Source: Sminthopsis crassicaudata
Lineage: Eukaryota
Direction: 5' to 3'
Assembly (NCBI RefSeq): GCF_048593235.1
Contig: NC_133622.1
Coordinates: 252,344,055-252,408,054 of the forward strand
DNA: 64,000 nucleotides
Part shown: in pieces, positions 21,668 through 32,868 of the stretch
How positions within the stretch are numbered: position 1 is the first letter of the stretch
Layout of the letters: every line of letters begins with the position of its first letter
Translations under genes and position numbers: made by a program
The notes under the pieces: generated by a model
The model's database searches: none
Told to the model about the DNA's origin: nothing
Seen by the model: the letters and a program-made list of their open reading frames with translations, nothing else

Positions 21668-22135
21668 TAAAGGTCTTCCTAGTTCAGACATTCCAGGTTC
21701 CCAGGGCCCTCCCGGCTCCCACGTCCCAGGTTCCCAGGGCCCTCCCGGCTCCCACGTCCCAGGTTCCCAGGGCCCTCCCGGCTCCCACGTCCCAGGTTCC
21801 CAGGGCCCTCCCGGCTCCCACGTCCCAGGTTCCCAGGGCCCTCCCGGCTCCCACGTCCCAGGTTCCCAGGGCCCTCCCGGCTCCCACGTCCCAGGTTCCC
21901 AGGGCCCTCCTGGCTCCCACGTCCCAGGTTCCCAGGGCCCTCCCGGCTCCCACGTCCCAGGTTCCCAGGGTCCTCCCGGCTCCCACGTCCCAGGTTCCCA
22001 GGGCCCTCCTGGATCCCACATCCCAGGTTCCCAAAGCTTTCCCGGCTCCTACATCCCACTTCCAAGGGCCTCCTGGTTCTCACATCCCTACGTTCCAAGG
22101 GCCATCCCGGCTCCTACCCTCCACATTCTATGGCA
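21668..22135. repeat. 33-bp VNTR, about 12 copies with degenerate edges
   Basis: Core unit CCCAGGTTCCCAGGGCCCTCCCGGCTCCCACGT; the 11-aa periodicity in the overlapping ORFs confirms the period. Confidence 0.95.
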
Positions 22136-23859
22136 TCCTGCAGTAAAAGTTTTGAGCCATGTGTGATGAGTAGACATCAAAGGGGTCAGCTCTGTGACAC
22201 CCTCAAGGCCGAGAAAAGATTGGGGGGAGGGCTCTGTGGACCCTGTGTCTTAGAGGGGTTCCTCTGGGATGGAAGCCAATAGCTCCCTCAGTCCCCAAGG
22301 ACTCTCTGCCCAGGATCACGATTCCTTTTTATCCCAGAACAAGCGAAAGAAAGCTTCCTGGCAGTCCCAGCCTGGCCAGCATGTGTAAGCATTTATTGAG
22401 CACCAGTGATGTGTCTGGGCAGCCCTGGGTGCATGGAGGAACACAGCGGCTGTCCCCTCAGGAGGAGGCGCTCCCAGACGGTTGAGAAGCTGTGGGAAGG
22501 GCCGGCTTCATCACGGCACAAGGTTGGGTCCCAGCCTCTTAGGATACAATGTGGCCTCCCAGTCTTATCTGGGCCACACGGCCTAGTCCTAGGCCTAGAA
22601 CTGAGACAGTTACACTCAGTCCTGGGCTCTGACGTCCACCAGCCGTGCGGCCTTGGGGGCCCCTGGAAATTGGGTACAAAGACTACTGCATAATAATCTC
22701 CAGGCTGACGCTTCTTGCAGGAGCTTCCCCCCCCCCCCCCGCCCAATTTGTGGAAGAGGGACAGAAATGGCTAAAGTTCGGCCAGATGTCTGGGAGGCCT
22801 TTGTTCCAGTGGGCTCCACTTGGCCTTGGGGGCTGGGGCCCCCGCCTGAAGAGCCCCTGCCTGAAGAGCCCCCGCCTGAAGGGCCCGAGTCCTTTTCAAG
22901 CGACCATCCCCGAGTCCTTGCTGCGGCCTCCTGGAATGTCTGCTTTTAGAACACAAGGGCCTCAGTGGGACAGTTCCTTCAGTTGGCATTAATCATGGCC
23001 CACTCAGTCTAACTCAGTCCCCCAGTACCACTCCCCACTGGGGACATCTGCCAGTCAGCTCTCAGACATTTATCCCTCGTCTCTGGGGGGGGGGGGGGCA
23101 GGGCGATACTGGGCCCTGGTGAGGGGAGACAGGAATAGGATTCAACCCCTGCCCTCAGGGAGCTCCCGGGATAAGCGGAGGGAGCAACACCTGGCCCAGA
23201 GGAACTGGGGTCTCTGGGATTTACAAAGAAAAATGTCCGAGGGGCATTGGAAGGGGGGGAATCCAGGGAGGCTTCCCGGCACAGGTAGCATTCACGCTGA
23301 GCCTCACTTCCTGGGTAGGAGAGTGTACATGCTGGAGGGAACAGAGTGAACAACATGGAATTAGCAAGGTCCGGCCCTGGAAGCGACCTCTGAAGGCCTA
23401 GAGTTCCGCTGATACATTCCCTTAGCGACGTCCCCAGCGCGTGACCCCCAGCGGCCTCTGTGCCCCGTCCCGCTCTGGGTCACAGGGACAAGGTTTGCTG
23501 CTAAGCTCACTACTGGGTTTGGAAGAACCGGCAGTGGAGCAATGATGGTTCTTACTGATCCGTCATTAAGTTGGAGCTCCCAATAGGCCCAGACTGTCGG
23601 CCCAGAATAATGCTCCCCTTTTATCCCAGAACCAATGAAAGCACCCCAATACACAGGGCTCTGTCTCACTTCTTCCTCTGAGTCCCGTTTTTGTTTACGT
23701 TCTAAGAAATGTAGAAATGTATGCATACATATGTCTTCCCACACATTACACGAATGTGTAGCCCACATACATATGACTCCCATCTCTATATACATTTTAA
23801 ACACATATGTAACCATGGACCGATTCAGCGCGACTCCCAGAAGTTAATGTCCATGTAGA

Positions 23860-23986
23860 GTTTTGTTTTCTTTTCGCTGGGTTAAGTGACTTGCCCAGGG
23901 TCACACAGCTAGGAAATGTTAAGTGTCTGAGAGCAGATTTGAACTCGGGTCCTCCTGACTTCAGGGCTGCGCCACCACGCTGCCAC
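23860..23986 (-). mobile_element. Marsupial tRNA-derived CORE-SINE (WSINE1-like)
   Basis: GGGTTAAGTGACTTGCCCAGGGTCACACAGCTAGGAAATGTTAAGTGTCTGAG...GATTTGAACTC..GTCCTCCTGACTTCAGG; short SINE of the type common in dasyurid genomes (recalled). Confidence 0.7.
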
Positions 23987-24829
23987 GGATCTGTGGAGTT
24001 TGGTACTGAGGTAGATCGGGAAAGGTGGAACATTTTACAAATGTCCCATTCTAAGCCGCGAGCAAACCCTTGAATATGTCAGTTCTGAAAAGGCCGCAGA
24101 AGTTGGCAGAATCCCTTTGGTAGCAGGTCGTGCGCTTGGGGACTCAGCCGTTCTAGGTCATCCAGTGAGAGGCTGTGTGTGCTGAGGGCAGTGGGATAGA
24201 AGGCTGGGGTGGGGGGGGGCCTTGAATGCCAACCGAAGGAGACAGAACTTTATCTGGGAGTCACCAAAGGCCTTGGGGGGAGCACGATCGGAGAAGTGGA
24301 TGGCCCAGGCGCCCACCGTGGCACGGGAAACCGTGTCAGACAAGAGCTGACTTCTGTCCCTGCAGATCTGGTTGGGTTTATGGCTCCTCGTCAATAAAAA
24401 AGATCTCCAGAGCATCTCCCAAGGGTCTGCATCTGACAGGACGGCTTATTCCTTTTATCAGTTATTGAGAGGGAGGAGATTATAATCTACTAATCTATAT
24501 ATAGTGGATTTTTTTGGGAGGGTCCAGAGTTGTGGATAAAGGAACTCCTGGTGGGGAAAGTCCCTTCCTCAGTACCCACAAGCAGATGGGCAACCCAGAA
24601 GCATGGAGAGAGTCAGGGCCCGCTAAGCCGGCGGGGACAGTTGGTTGAGAACACCGAGAGGTTCCTCAGCTGCCCAGAGTCACACAGCCGGTTTGGAGCC
24701 GAGGCAAGCCTCCACCCCAGCTTTACTCGGACTGGGAAGCCAGTGGTCTCTCCACTGCACCCTGCTGCCTGTCAGGGATGGCACGCTTCTCTAATTTGCA
24801 AATGCTACATAGCTTGGAAGGACAGCGGA

Positions 24830-25230
24830 CATGCTAGATCCAAAAAGATCCAAAGATCCCGAGTGATTTCACCTGGTTAGAATATTTGGCTGATTTTTAA
24901 AAGATGAAATTCGACAAGGGTAAATGTAAAGTCTTACCCTTAGGTCACACATGCTTTCCAAGAGCAAGATGGAAGAAGTGTGTTTAGAAAACGTGTCGAA
25001 AAAAAAAAAAAAAAAACTGAGGGGGGTTTGAATCTGAAAAAAAAAGATCTGAAGGTCTGAGTAGTCCACAAGATCAAGGTGAGTCACATGTATGACATGG
25101 AAGCCAGGAGAGTTAATGCCATTTTAATCCGCCCACATTTGCAGAGCCGTGCTCCACTTTGGGAACCACGTTTTTAGCAAAGCCGTTGGCTGGACGAGCA
25201 TCGGGACCGCTTAAAATGCTTACATACAGC
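24830..25230 (+). mobile_element. L3/CR1 LINE fragment
   Basis: ATGAAATTCGACAAGGGTAAATGTAAAGTC and TCTGAAAAAAAAAGATCTG...GAGTCA resemble the CR1 ORF2 region. Confidence 0.6.
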
Positions 25231-26182
25231 AAGCACTCGATGGATGTTTGTCCGATTGTCTCGATGGACCATTACATGAGACGTGCTTGGCGGTGGGGAA
25301 GCTTAGACTTGGGCCTATGTTCCTGTTGTCATGGAGAGGGAAGCTGAGGCTTCTTCGGCCCTTGAGTGTAAGGCCCGGAGCAGTGGGTGGGCAGAAGACA
25401 GAAAAGCGGAGGAGACAGAGTTGTAGAGAGGAAAAGTGCCTGGCAGAGAGGGTGTTGGAGGGAGGCACTTCCGCTCCCGAGCAGGGATGCTCTGGACGTC
25501 CTCCCATGAGTCTCTGGGGAGGGGCCTTCCAACCCCGAGATTCTGTAAAAATAGAGGAAAGGCTGGAGGCAAAGTGGGGCAGACGGGTCCCCAGTGGGGG
25601 CTTCCTGAAAAGCTGAGCATGGAACAGGCAAATTGTAGCCCACTGACCAGCATGGGCACTCGGGGAAAGGGCCTTCTGGGTAACTCCCGCTGACCCCTCG
25701 CCACCTGCTCCATCTTGGGTGCTGCCATTTGCTAGGGCTCCCTTCGGAGGGAGCCATGAGAGTGTCCCAGAGGCCACTTGGTGCAGGGCTCCCCCCCCAG
25801 AATTTCCAGTCTCCTCTTGGCATTTGGTGGGAAGGCAGAGGCGGCAGGGGACGGGGGGTTTGAGAAGCTGCTCCTTCGGGGAGGCTGGGGCCGCTCCTAG
25901 GCTCCGGGGAGGGGGGAGGGGACCAATAGCACCCTCCTTTTTGCTGCTCTGAGTCCTCAAGTCAGCGGGCCAGGGGAGCCACTGGTTCCTTTGATGCAAC
26001 TTATGGCTTTCGCTCCCCATGGAGCTGGGGTCGCCTCCTCCAGCTCAGGTGATCAAGGGGGATTTTCCTTTGACTCCCTTCTCCGTCCACTCTCAGCCAT
26101 CGGCGAGGGATGGATGCTTCTCTAGCTCCCTGGGGTAAGGCTGCCTTGTCTGCTTCCCTCCCCCCAGCCCATCTCTACCTTC

Positions 26183-27526
26183 TCAGGAGGGGGCTTGGGT
26201 AGGGGATGCCTCTGGAGGAGCATCTCCAGAGCCGTCCCCCTGGGGGGCCAGGGGCACGGCTGTCTCTTCTGGGGGTGCTGCTGTTGGCTGTTCTGTGGCT
26301 AGACCCGCTGCGGGTCCTTCAGGGGGGTCGGAGACTGAGACAGGGGGGGGGTCGGAGACTGAGACAGGGGGAGGCTCAGAGGGCTGAGCCGGAGGGTTGA
26401 GCAGCGGCTGCTCGGCCAGGTTTGGCTGGGACTGGGCCGTGGGGTTCACCTGGGCCTGGGCCACGGGGTTCACCTGGGGCCCGTCCTGGGGGGGCGGAAC
26501 CGGCTGCAGCTGGACCACGGGCTCTGGCTGAGCTGGCGGCGAGGCTGCGGGCATGGTGCCCCCGAACCGCTCCTCAGCCAGGGCAGCAGCAAAGGAGGAG
26601 AGCGTAGCATGGAGGAGGGCCCGGATGTTGGTGCTGGCCAGGACGCAGAGGAAGGGGCTCAGGCAGCTGTTGAGCACCAGCAGGTAGTCAGAGTAGACTA
26701 GCGCCTCCCAGAGGAAGTAGCCGGGGTAGAAGTCCCACAGGTAGGCCAGATAGAGCAGCTGGGCCAGCTGGTAGGGCAGCCGGAGCACCACGTAGGCCGA
26801 GAGCACGGTGGAGGCCACGTGGGAGAAGCCGGGCGTCCGGGCCCCATGCTCCCTGGGCTGGCGGCGGCGCACCCGGCACGCTTGGATCTGGGTCAGCACA
26901 TGAGAGCCCAGGAGTAGGAGGAAGGGCAGCAGCCCCCCGAAGATCTCCAGCACCCTCAGGGGCAGCTCCTCCGTGTCCCAGAAGTCCAGGCAGATGACCA
27001 GGTCGTACCACCACACGTTGGCCTCTGGGAAGATGAGCCAGGGGACGCTGAAGAGCGTGGCCAGCACCCAGGCTCCCGAGCACAGCCAGAGCGGCAGGCG
27101 GGCCGGCCGGCGGCAGGGATACCGGCGGGGCAGCAGCGCCATCAGGCAGCGGTCCAGGCTGAGTGCCGCCAGCAGGAAGAGTCCCGACGAGTAAGAGACG
27201 CCCCACAGGAAGTAGTAGAGGCGGCAGGCGGCCGTTCCTAGCGGCCAGTGGCCCTGAAGCCGGATCTCCATGACCTGGAAGGCGGTGGCCACTAGGAAGA
27301 GGAAGTCGGAGACGGCCAGGCTGAGCAGGAGGAGGGCCAGGCGCCTGCCCACCCTGAGCCGCGCCTGGGAGCCCGCTAGCCACCCCATGAGCCCATTGGC
27401 CGGCAGCCCCAGCAGCAGCAGGACCACCAGGAAGGCCGTGTCCCAGCCGCCCTGGGGATAATAGTCATCGTCCAGCTCGGATCTCGGCCTCCAGGCTGGA
27501 GCCCGCCGGGCACTGCCCGCCTCCAT
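26183..27526 (-). CDS. GPR152: G protein-coupled receptor 152, 447 aa, single coding exon
   Basis: ATG in context CACGCCATGG at 27526. Seven hydrophobic segments with GLPANG, LSLDRC, WYDLVICLDFWD and NSCLSPFL, then a Pro/Gln-rich repetitive tail. The first M of the ORF track (27553) is a GTG inside a splice acceptor. Confidence 0.95.
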   Translation of the reverse strand: MEAGSARRAPAWRPRSELDDDYYPQGGWDTAFLVVLLLLGLPANGLMGWLAGSQARLRVGRRLALLLLSLAVSDFLFLVATAFQVMEIRLQGHWPLGTAACRLYYFLWGVSYSSGLFLLAALSLDRCLMALLPRRYPCRRPARLPLWLCSGAWVLATLFSVPWLIFPEANVWWYDLVICLDFWDTEELPLRVLEIFGGLLPFLLLLGSHVLTQIQACRVRRRQPREHGARTPGFSHVASTVLSAYVVLRLPYQLAQLLYLAYLWDFYPGYFLWEALVYSDYLLVLNSCLSPFLCVLASTNIRALLHATLSSFAAALAEERFGGTMPAASPPAQPEPVVQLQPVPPPQDGPQVNPVAQAQVNPTAQSQPNLAEQPLLNPPAQPSEPPPVSVSDPPPVSVSDPPEGPAAGLATEQPTAAPPEETAVPLAPQGDGSGDAPPEASPTQAPS

Positions 27527-27719
27527 GGCGTGGTTGGGCTGATGGGCCTGCACAGGGAGAAGAGAGAAGGAGGAAGGGGGGATGGGGTGGGGGTGAGGGA
27601 GGTGAGATCTTCACGGCATTGGCTCTGTGCTGGGGGGTGGGGGGGCTGAACCTCACTGCCAGTGCCCATTTCCCAGAACCTCAGGGAAGGACACTGCAGA
27701 GCCAGGGGGCTTCTCCCAA

Positions 27720-28051
27720 AAAGACTGTCCTCCCTCCTCCTTTCTTCCTTTTTTTCCTTCCTTCCATTCTTTCCTCCCTCCTTCCTTCCCTCCCTTCCTC
27801 CCTTCTTTCCTTCTTTCTTTCTTTCTTTTCTTCCTTCTTTCTTTCCTTCCTTCCTCCTCACCCTCCCTTCTTTCCTTCCACCCTCCTTCCCTCTCTTCCT
27901 TTCTCCCTCCCTCCCTTCCTTCCTTCCTTCTTTCTTTCTTTCTTTTCTTCCTTCTTTCTTTCCTTCCTTCCTCCTCACCCTCCCTTCTTCTTTCTTTCCT
28001 CTTCCTTCCCTCCTTCCCTCTCTTCCTTCCTTCATTCCTTCCTTTTTTCCC
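27720..28051. repeat. Polypyrimidine (CTT/CCTT)n tract with an internal duplication, running into a gap
   Basis: Almost pure C/T; the block ending CTCCTCACCCTCCCTTCTT occurs twice. Confidence 0.9.
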
Positions 28052-28323
28052 NNNNNNNNNNNNNNNNNNNNNNNNNNNNNNNNNNNNNNNNNNNNNNNNN
28101 NNNNNNNNNNNNNNNNNNNNNNNNNNNNNNNNNNNNNNNNNNNNNNNNNNNNNNNNNNNNNNNNNNNNNNNNNNNNNNNNNNNNNNNNNNNNNNNNNNNN
28201 NNNNNNNNNNNNNNNNNNNNNNNNNNNNNNNNNNNNNNNNNNNNNNNNNNNNNNNNNNNNNNNNNNNNNNNNNNNNNNNNNNNNNNNNNNNNNNNNNNNN
28301 NNNNNNNNNNNNNNNNNNNNNNN
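28052..28323. other. Assembly gap (N run)
   Basis: 272 N. Confidence 1.
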
Positions 28324-29358
28324 CCTCTGCAAAATGGGCTGCATGACTCTGAAGACTCTTGCAGACACTGGAATTCTCTTTCCCAGGAGGGGTTCTCAGA
28401 TTGATCCTTCTTGAAACAATGAGTTTCCTGGGTCCCAGAGGAATAACAGGGACTGAGTTCTTTCTTCTGACTCAGCTGTGAGGTTTGGGGCAAGTCCCTC
28501 CCTTCCTCTGGGCCTCGGTTTCCCCCTCTGTAAAAGGAGAGGGTCCCTTCCAGTATTAAATCCCATCAGCTTTTGCTTCTGCCTTCAGTTTCCTGCCTAG
28601 GAGCCAACTCCTCTTGGTGGGGGGGAGACACTCGCCTGTCGGAAGCTCTCTGTTTAAAAGTCACCCTACCAGAGCCCTACCCTAGGAAGCTCCTCCCCAG
28701 AGCTCCCGGGCCTGGACAAAGCCCTGACCAGGCTCCTGAAGGTAGATGGGCTTACCAGCACGTGGGGAGTGGCCACCAGGGACCCAGACGAGTGGGGCAG
28801 AGAGCTGGGTGCACACACACAAGCCGGCTCCCCTGCACTGGCTCCCAGTTCCTCTGCGCTGGCTCCAGCTCCCCTCGCCGGACAGCGAAGGCCCAGGGCT
28901 GTGCCACCGTCTGCCAGTCTGTCTGTCTGGGGCCGGGCTCTGGTTGTAGTGGACGGTCGCCCTGTGCACTTCTGCGGTGGGAGAGGTAACCCAAGCCCAG
29001 TGGGCCATTAAACATTCATAGAGCTCCTCTCCTGGAGAAACTCTAACCCCAGTCCCTGCCGGGCAGTGCTCTGGAGTCCCGCGGCTGCCCCCCTTCCCCC
29101 AGCCGGGCCGCCGGTCCTGCCGCAACTCTGCTTCCAGCCCACCCCCCTGGGAGCTGGCCGGTCCCTGCCAAGTAGCACCCCCTTCTCTCCAGGACGGGGA
29201 GATCAGTCGTCAGGGGGACGAATCCGGAGGCAGAAGGGGGAGCCAGAGAGAAGCAAGGACCGCCCTCACTCATCACGTGCAGCCAGAGGCCTGAGGGACC
29301 CTCGGAAGGCTTGGGCTCCTTGTGGGTTGCTCTCACAGAGGTTCCCCAGGCACCTGAG

Positions 29359-29619
29359 NNNNNNNNNNNNNNNNNNNNNNNNNNNNNNNNNNNNNNNNNN
29401 NNNNNNNNNNNNNNNNNNNNNNNNNNNNNNNNNNNNNNNNNNNNNNNNNNNNNNNNNNNNNNNNNNNNNNNNNNNNNNNNNNNNNNNNNNNNNNNNNNNN
29501 NNNNNNNNNNNNNNNNNNNNNNNNNNNNNNNNNNNNNNNNNNNNNNNNNNNNNNNNNNNNNNNNNNNNNNNNNNNNNNNNNNNNNNNNNNNNNNNNNNNN
29601 NNNNNNNNNNNNNNNNNNN
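29359..29619. other. Assembly gap (N run)
   Basis: 261 N. Confidence 1.
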
Positions 29620-29809
29620 ATGATCTCATCTCCAGCACGTTCTTGCCCCATGAGAGTGAGAGAAGGCACTGGGCTTCGCTTCCCTTCACTTCCCTCTCTT
29701 TCCATTTTTTCTCCTTTGGACACTCAGTTCTTTGTAGAGTACCTGGTGCATAGTAGGTGCTTAATAACTTCTGGGCCATCATACTCCTTGCTCATGTGCC
29801 TCGGTGGCC

Positions 29810-30000
29810 CCCACGGACTCGCTTTTCAGAGGACCAGTGATGTCAGGAGATGACGTCTTGACTTGCAGGTGAATTGGATTTCCGGCAGCAGAGCCCAAAG
29901 GCTCCGGCTTCCCTCTCTCATCAAAGCCATTGAAGTCCAGCTACGAGACAAGGTGTGACAGTGACGGTCCAGGACACAGCACATGACCTTGGTGTCTTCC
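29810..30000. mobile_element. Probable marsupial SINE fragment (Mar1/WALLSI-like)
   Basis: AGAGGACCAGTGATGTCAGGAGATGACGTCTTGACTTGCAGGTGAATTGGATTT resembles a recalled marsupial SINE consensus. Confidence 0.4.
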
Positions 30001-30289
30001 CTGGCCGACCAAGCTCTAAGCTTCCCCCCATTCCATCGTGCTTGAGGGAGACGCCCCCCTGACTCACTGATGGAGCCCTGAGCAAGCTCAGTGTGCGTGG
30101 GTCCTCAGCTATATCACAGCCCAGCCATTGGGACTGCACGTGATGTCCCTGGGCGCCCGCTGGTCCCAGCATCTTGAGGAGTCCCCCTCCCAATCATGCA
30201 GCTCTGCAGATTTGCAGGATTTGTTCCCCACGTCTGGAGGGCATCCTCTCCTTCGTCTTCCAGCTGGAGCGGAGCCACCTTCTTTTGGT

Positions 30290-30530
30290 GAATAATAATA
30301 ATAATAACAGCAGCGCGCATTGTAGAGAGCTTCAAGGTTTGCCACACATCCAACAGATCTTATCTCACTTGTTCTTTGTTGCCACTGCCAGGGATTTTTA
30401 CATTATCCCCATTTTGCGGGTGAGAAAATTGAGGCAGACAGAGGTTAAGTCACATGCCCAGGGACAAATAACTAGTTAAGTGTCTGAGGCTGGATTTGAA
30501 CTCAGATCCTCCTTATTTCAGGCCCTGCCT
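30290..30530 (-). mobile_element. CORE-SINE with (TAA)n tail
   Basis: TAATAATAATAATAAC...CCCCATTTT...GAGGCAGACAGAGGTTAAGT...GGATTTGAACTCAG. Confidence 0.75.
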
Positions 30531-30987
30531 CTAGTCTGTAAAAGTACATGGTATTTCCTTCAATGAAATGTAAAGTTTTTTGTATCTTCAGCACCTAGGA
30601 CAGCACTTGTCCCTTAGTCACTTGAGAAAGGCTAGTTGATGGATTAATCAATTGATATCAACAGCCTAAAATCCCTCAGTTGCATGAAGTGCTGTCTCCA
30701 GAAGGCCCCAGTGGAAATGGGAATAGTTGGGGGGATGGGGAGGGTGTATGGGGGCTCACCTAACAGTCACATCATACATTAATGTTGTAACGACCCCTCC
30801 CATTTCTACATGACTGATTGGCTCGTTCTCACTCTCCTACACACAGGAATGTGATCCTCAGAGAGAAGAAATGGCTACATCTGGCATCAGAGAACCTGGA
30901 TTCAAGTCTCGACGGCCTGTGTGGCCCCGAGCCCCCTTCTCGGGCCTCTGTGAAATGTGAAGGTTGTGCCCTTCACACTTAGCTCCA

Positions 30988-31150
30988 AGGGGTGACTAGA
31001 TGGCTCAGTGGATAGAGCACCCACTCTGCTGTCGGGAGAATTTGAGTTGAGACCTAGCTATGTGATCCTGGGCAAGTCACTTTCATCTCAATTGCCTCTC
31101 AAAAACATACAACCAAAGAAGCAAATAAATAAAAAAGCAAACAAACAAAA
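30988..31150 (+). mobile_element. Marsupial tRNA-derived SINE with A-rich tail
   Basis: GGGGTGACTAGATGGCTCAGTGGATAGAGC...GTGATCCTGGGCAAGTCACTT...CAATTGCCTC followed by an A-rich tail. Confidence 0.7.
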
Positions 31151-31267
31151 AGCCCCAACCTTCTCTAAATCATGAAAAGTTTGAGATTTCCAACGAATGT
31201 GACTCCAGGAGGCCCTCCCTTTTCCAAGAGAAACTGGGCACTGGCGGGGGATCTTGAGCTGCCCACT

Positions 31268-31533
31268 CATTTTTTTTTTTCTTCTTGTTCTCAATGGTAT
31301 TTTATTTTTCCAAATGTGTGTAAAGATGTTTCCTACATTTACTTTTGCAAAACTTTGGTTCTCAATTTCTCTCCCTTTTCCTTCCCTCTCCCCTCCCTAA
31401 GAAAACAAGTCATCTCATTTAAGTTAAACATGTGCAATTCTTTCCAACATATTTCCATATTTGTCATGTTGTGCAAGAAAAATCAGCACAAAAGGTGAGA
31501 AAAAGACAAAAAGTGAAATCTGCCTTCATCCAC
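31268..31533 (-). mobile_element. Old L1 3' end, truncated by the gap
   Basis: Poly-T start followed by marsupial L1 3'UTR-like sequence (AACATATTTCCATATTTGTCATGTTGTGCAAGAAAAATCAG). Confidence 0.6.
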
Positions 31534-31833
31534 NNNNNNNNNNNNNNNNNNNNNNNNNNNNNNNNNNNNNNNNNNNNNNNNNNNNNNNNNNNNNNNNNNN
31601 NNNNNNNNNNNNNNNNNNNNNNNNNNNNNNNNNNNNNNNNNNNNNNNNNNNNNNNNNNNNNNNNNNNNNNNNNNNNNNNNNNNNNNNNNNNNNNNNNNNN
31701 NNNNNNNNNNNNNNNNNNNNNNNNNNNNNNNNNNNNNNNNNNNNNNNNNNNNNNNNNNNNNNNNNNNNNNNNNNNNNNNNNNNNNNNNNNNNNNNNNNNN
31801 NNNNNNNNNNNNNNNNNNNNNNNNNNNNNNNNN
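31534..31833. other. Assembly gap (N run)
   Basis: 300 N. Confidence 1.
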
Positions 31834-32030
31834 CTGTATCTGTGTCTCTCTCTGACTCTCTCTCCCTCCATGGTTGACATTTTCCATCCCAAGTCTATTG
31901 ACATTTTGGCCACTGTTTCTACTGTCTCGATCTGCTTGGAGCCCAGGGGGCCCAGGGGGCCCAGGGACCCTGAGCTGGGCATCTCGGTGGTTCCTGGGCG
32001 GGGGTCGGGAGAGGGTTGAGCCCCATTGGG

Positions 32031-32134
32031 TAATCAGCCTGGGCAATGTCCTTCTTACTTACCTTAATCCCCAGTCAGCGACCTGACCCCAGCCTTGCTG
32101 TCCCCAGGGTGGGGGTGGAGGGTGGAATTAAGCT
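32031..32134 (+). promoter_or_regulatory. CABP4 proximal promoter with clustered K50-homeodomain (CRX/OTX-type) motifs
   Basis: TAATCA 32031-32036, TAATCC 32065-32070 and TAAGCT 32129-32134, within 170 bp of the ATG of a photoreceptor gene. Confidence 0.6.
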
Positions 32135-32200
32135 GCTTTCCTGGATCCTTGAGGACTGTACGTGAACTCAGTCACACCATCCCCTTGGGTCCGGCCCCGC

Positions 32201-32821
32201 ATGGCTGCTAAGCATGGGAGCAAATCGAGGAAGGAAGGGGAGAGCCAAGGTGGGGGCCCCGAGAAGCCTCCCTCGGAGGACACTGTCAAGGCCAGGTCTG
32301 AAGGGGGGCTCCTGAGAGACTGGAGCACGAGGAAGAGCAAGAGGGAGCGGGAGCGAGGGGAAGCCCCGAAAGCCAAAGGTGGAGGGGACAAGGCTGAGGA
32401 GCGGGACAGGCCCTCCCTCAGGGGCCGCGAGGTGGACAAGAGTGTGGGGGGCCCTGCCGAGGGAGAGGCCGGGCCTGGGGAAGGCTCCCAGGCGGCCCTG
32501 GCTCCTGCCCCCCGAAGGCTGTCTCATCGGCACCGGGGCGACTCTCACCATGATCCTGCCCACAAGGCTTACTGGCCCCTGCTGAACACTGTCTTTGGCA
32601 AGGTGAGGGCCTGGCTGCTGGGATTATAGGGCTGGGAACCCACCCCTGGGGGGTGCAGGGATGAACTCTCTGGCCTCGTCTTCTTTCTTGGGAGCCCCCA
32701 GCTTGGTAAGGGGGGATGGGGGGCAGGGACCCCAAACTATCCTACTCAACCACCCTCCCACTCCCACACACACATTCCCAAACACTGTCTCTGTCTTTCT
32801 CTCTCTCTGTCTCTGTCTCTG

Positions 32822-32868
<47 letters not shown>

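Noticed and set aside
21601-22166. ORFs in all frames over the 33-bp VNTR, including a collagen-like ([11 protein letters not shown])n
   Set aside because: The unit happens to lack stop codons. An 11-aa period breaks the Gly-X-Y register, and there is no convincing start, splice context or non-repeat coding flank.
23560-23600. Possible C/D-box snoRNA-like motifs (ATGATG...CTGA)
   Set aside because: C box is imperfect, no terminal stem, and not in an intron of an identified host gene.
27527-27553. N-terminal extension MQAHQPNHA of GPR152 in the ORF track (likewise MNSVTP... for CABP4 at 32162)
   Set aside because: Both track starts are GTG codons. The GPR152 one lies in a splice acceptor, and homology and Kozak context favour ATG 27526 and ATG 32201.
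30988-31060. tRNA-like A/B-box sequence (also about 42625-42680)
   Set aside because: Heads of tRNA-derived SINEs; no cloverleaf or acceptor stem.
27376-32046. Long ORFs containing X runs
   Set aside because: Artefacts of translating across N gaps and purine/pyrimidine microsatellites.
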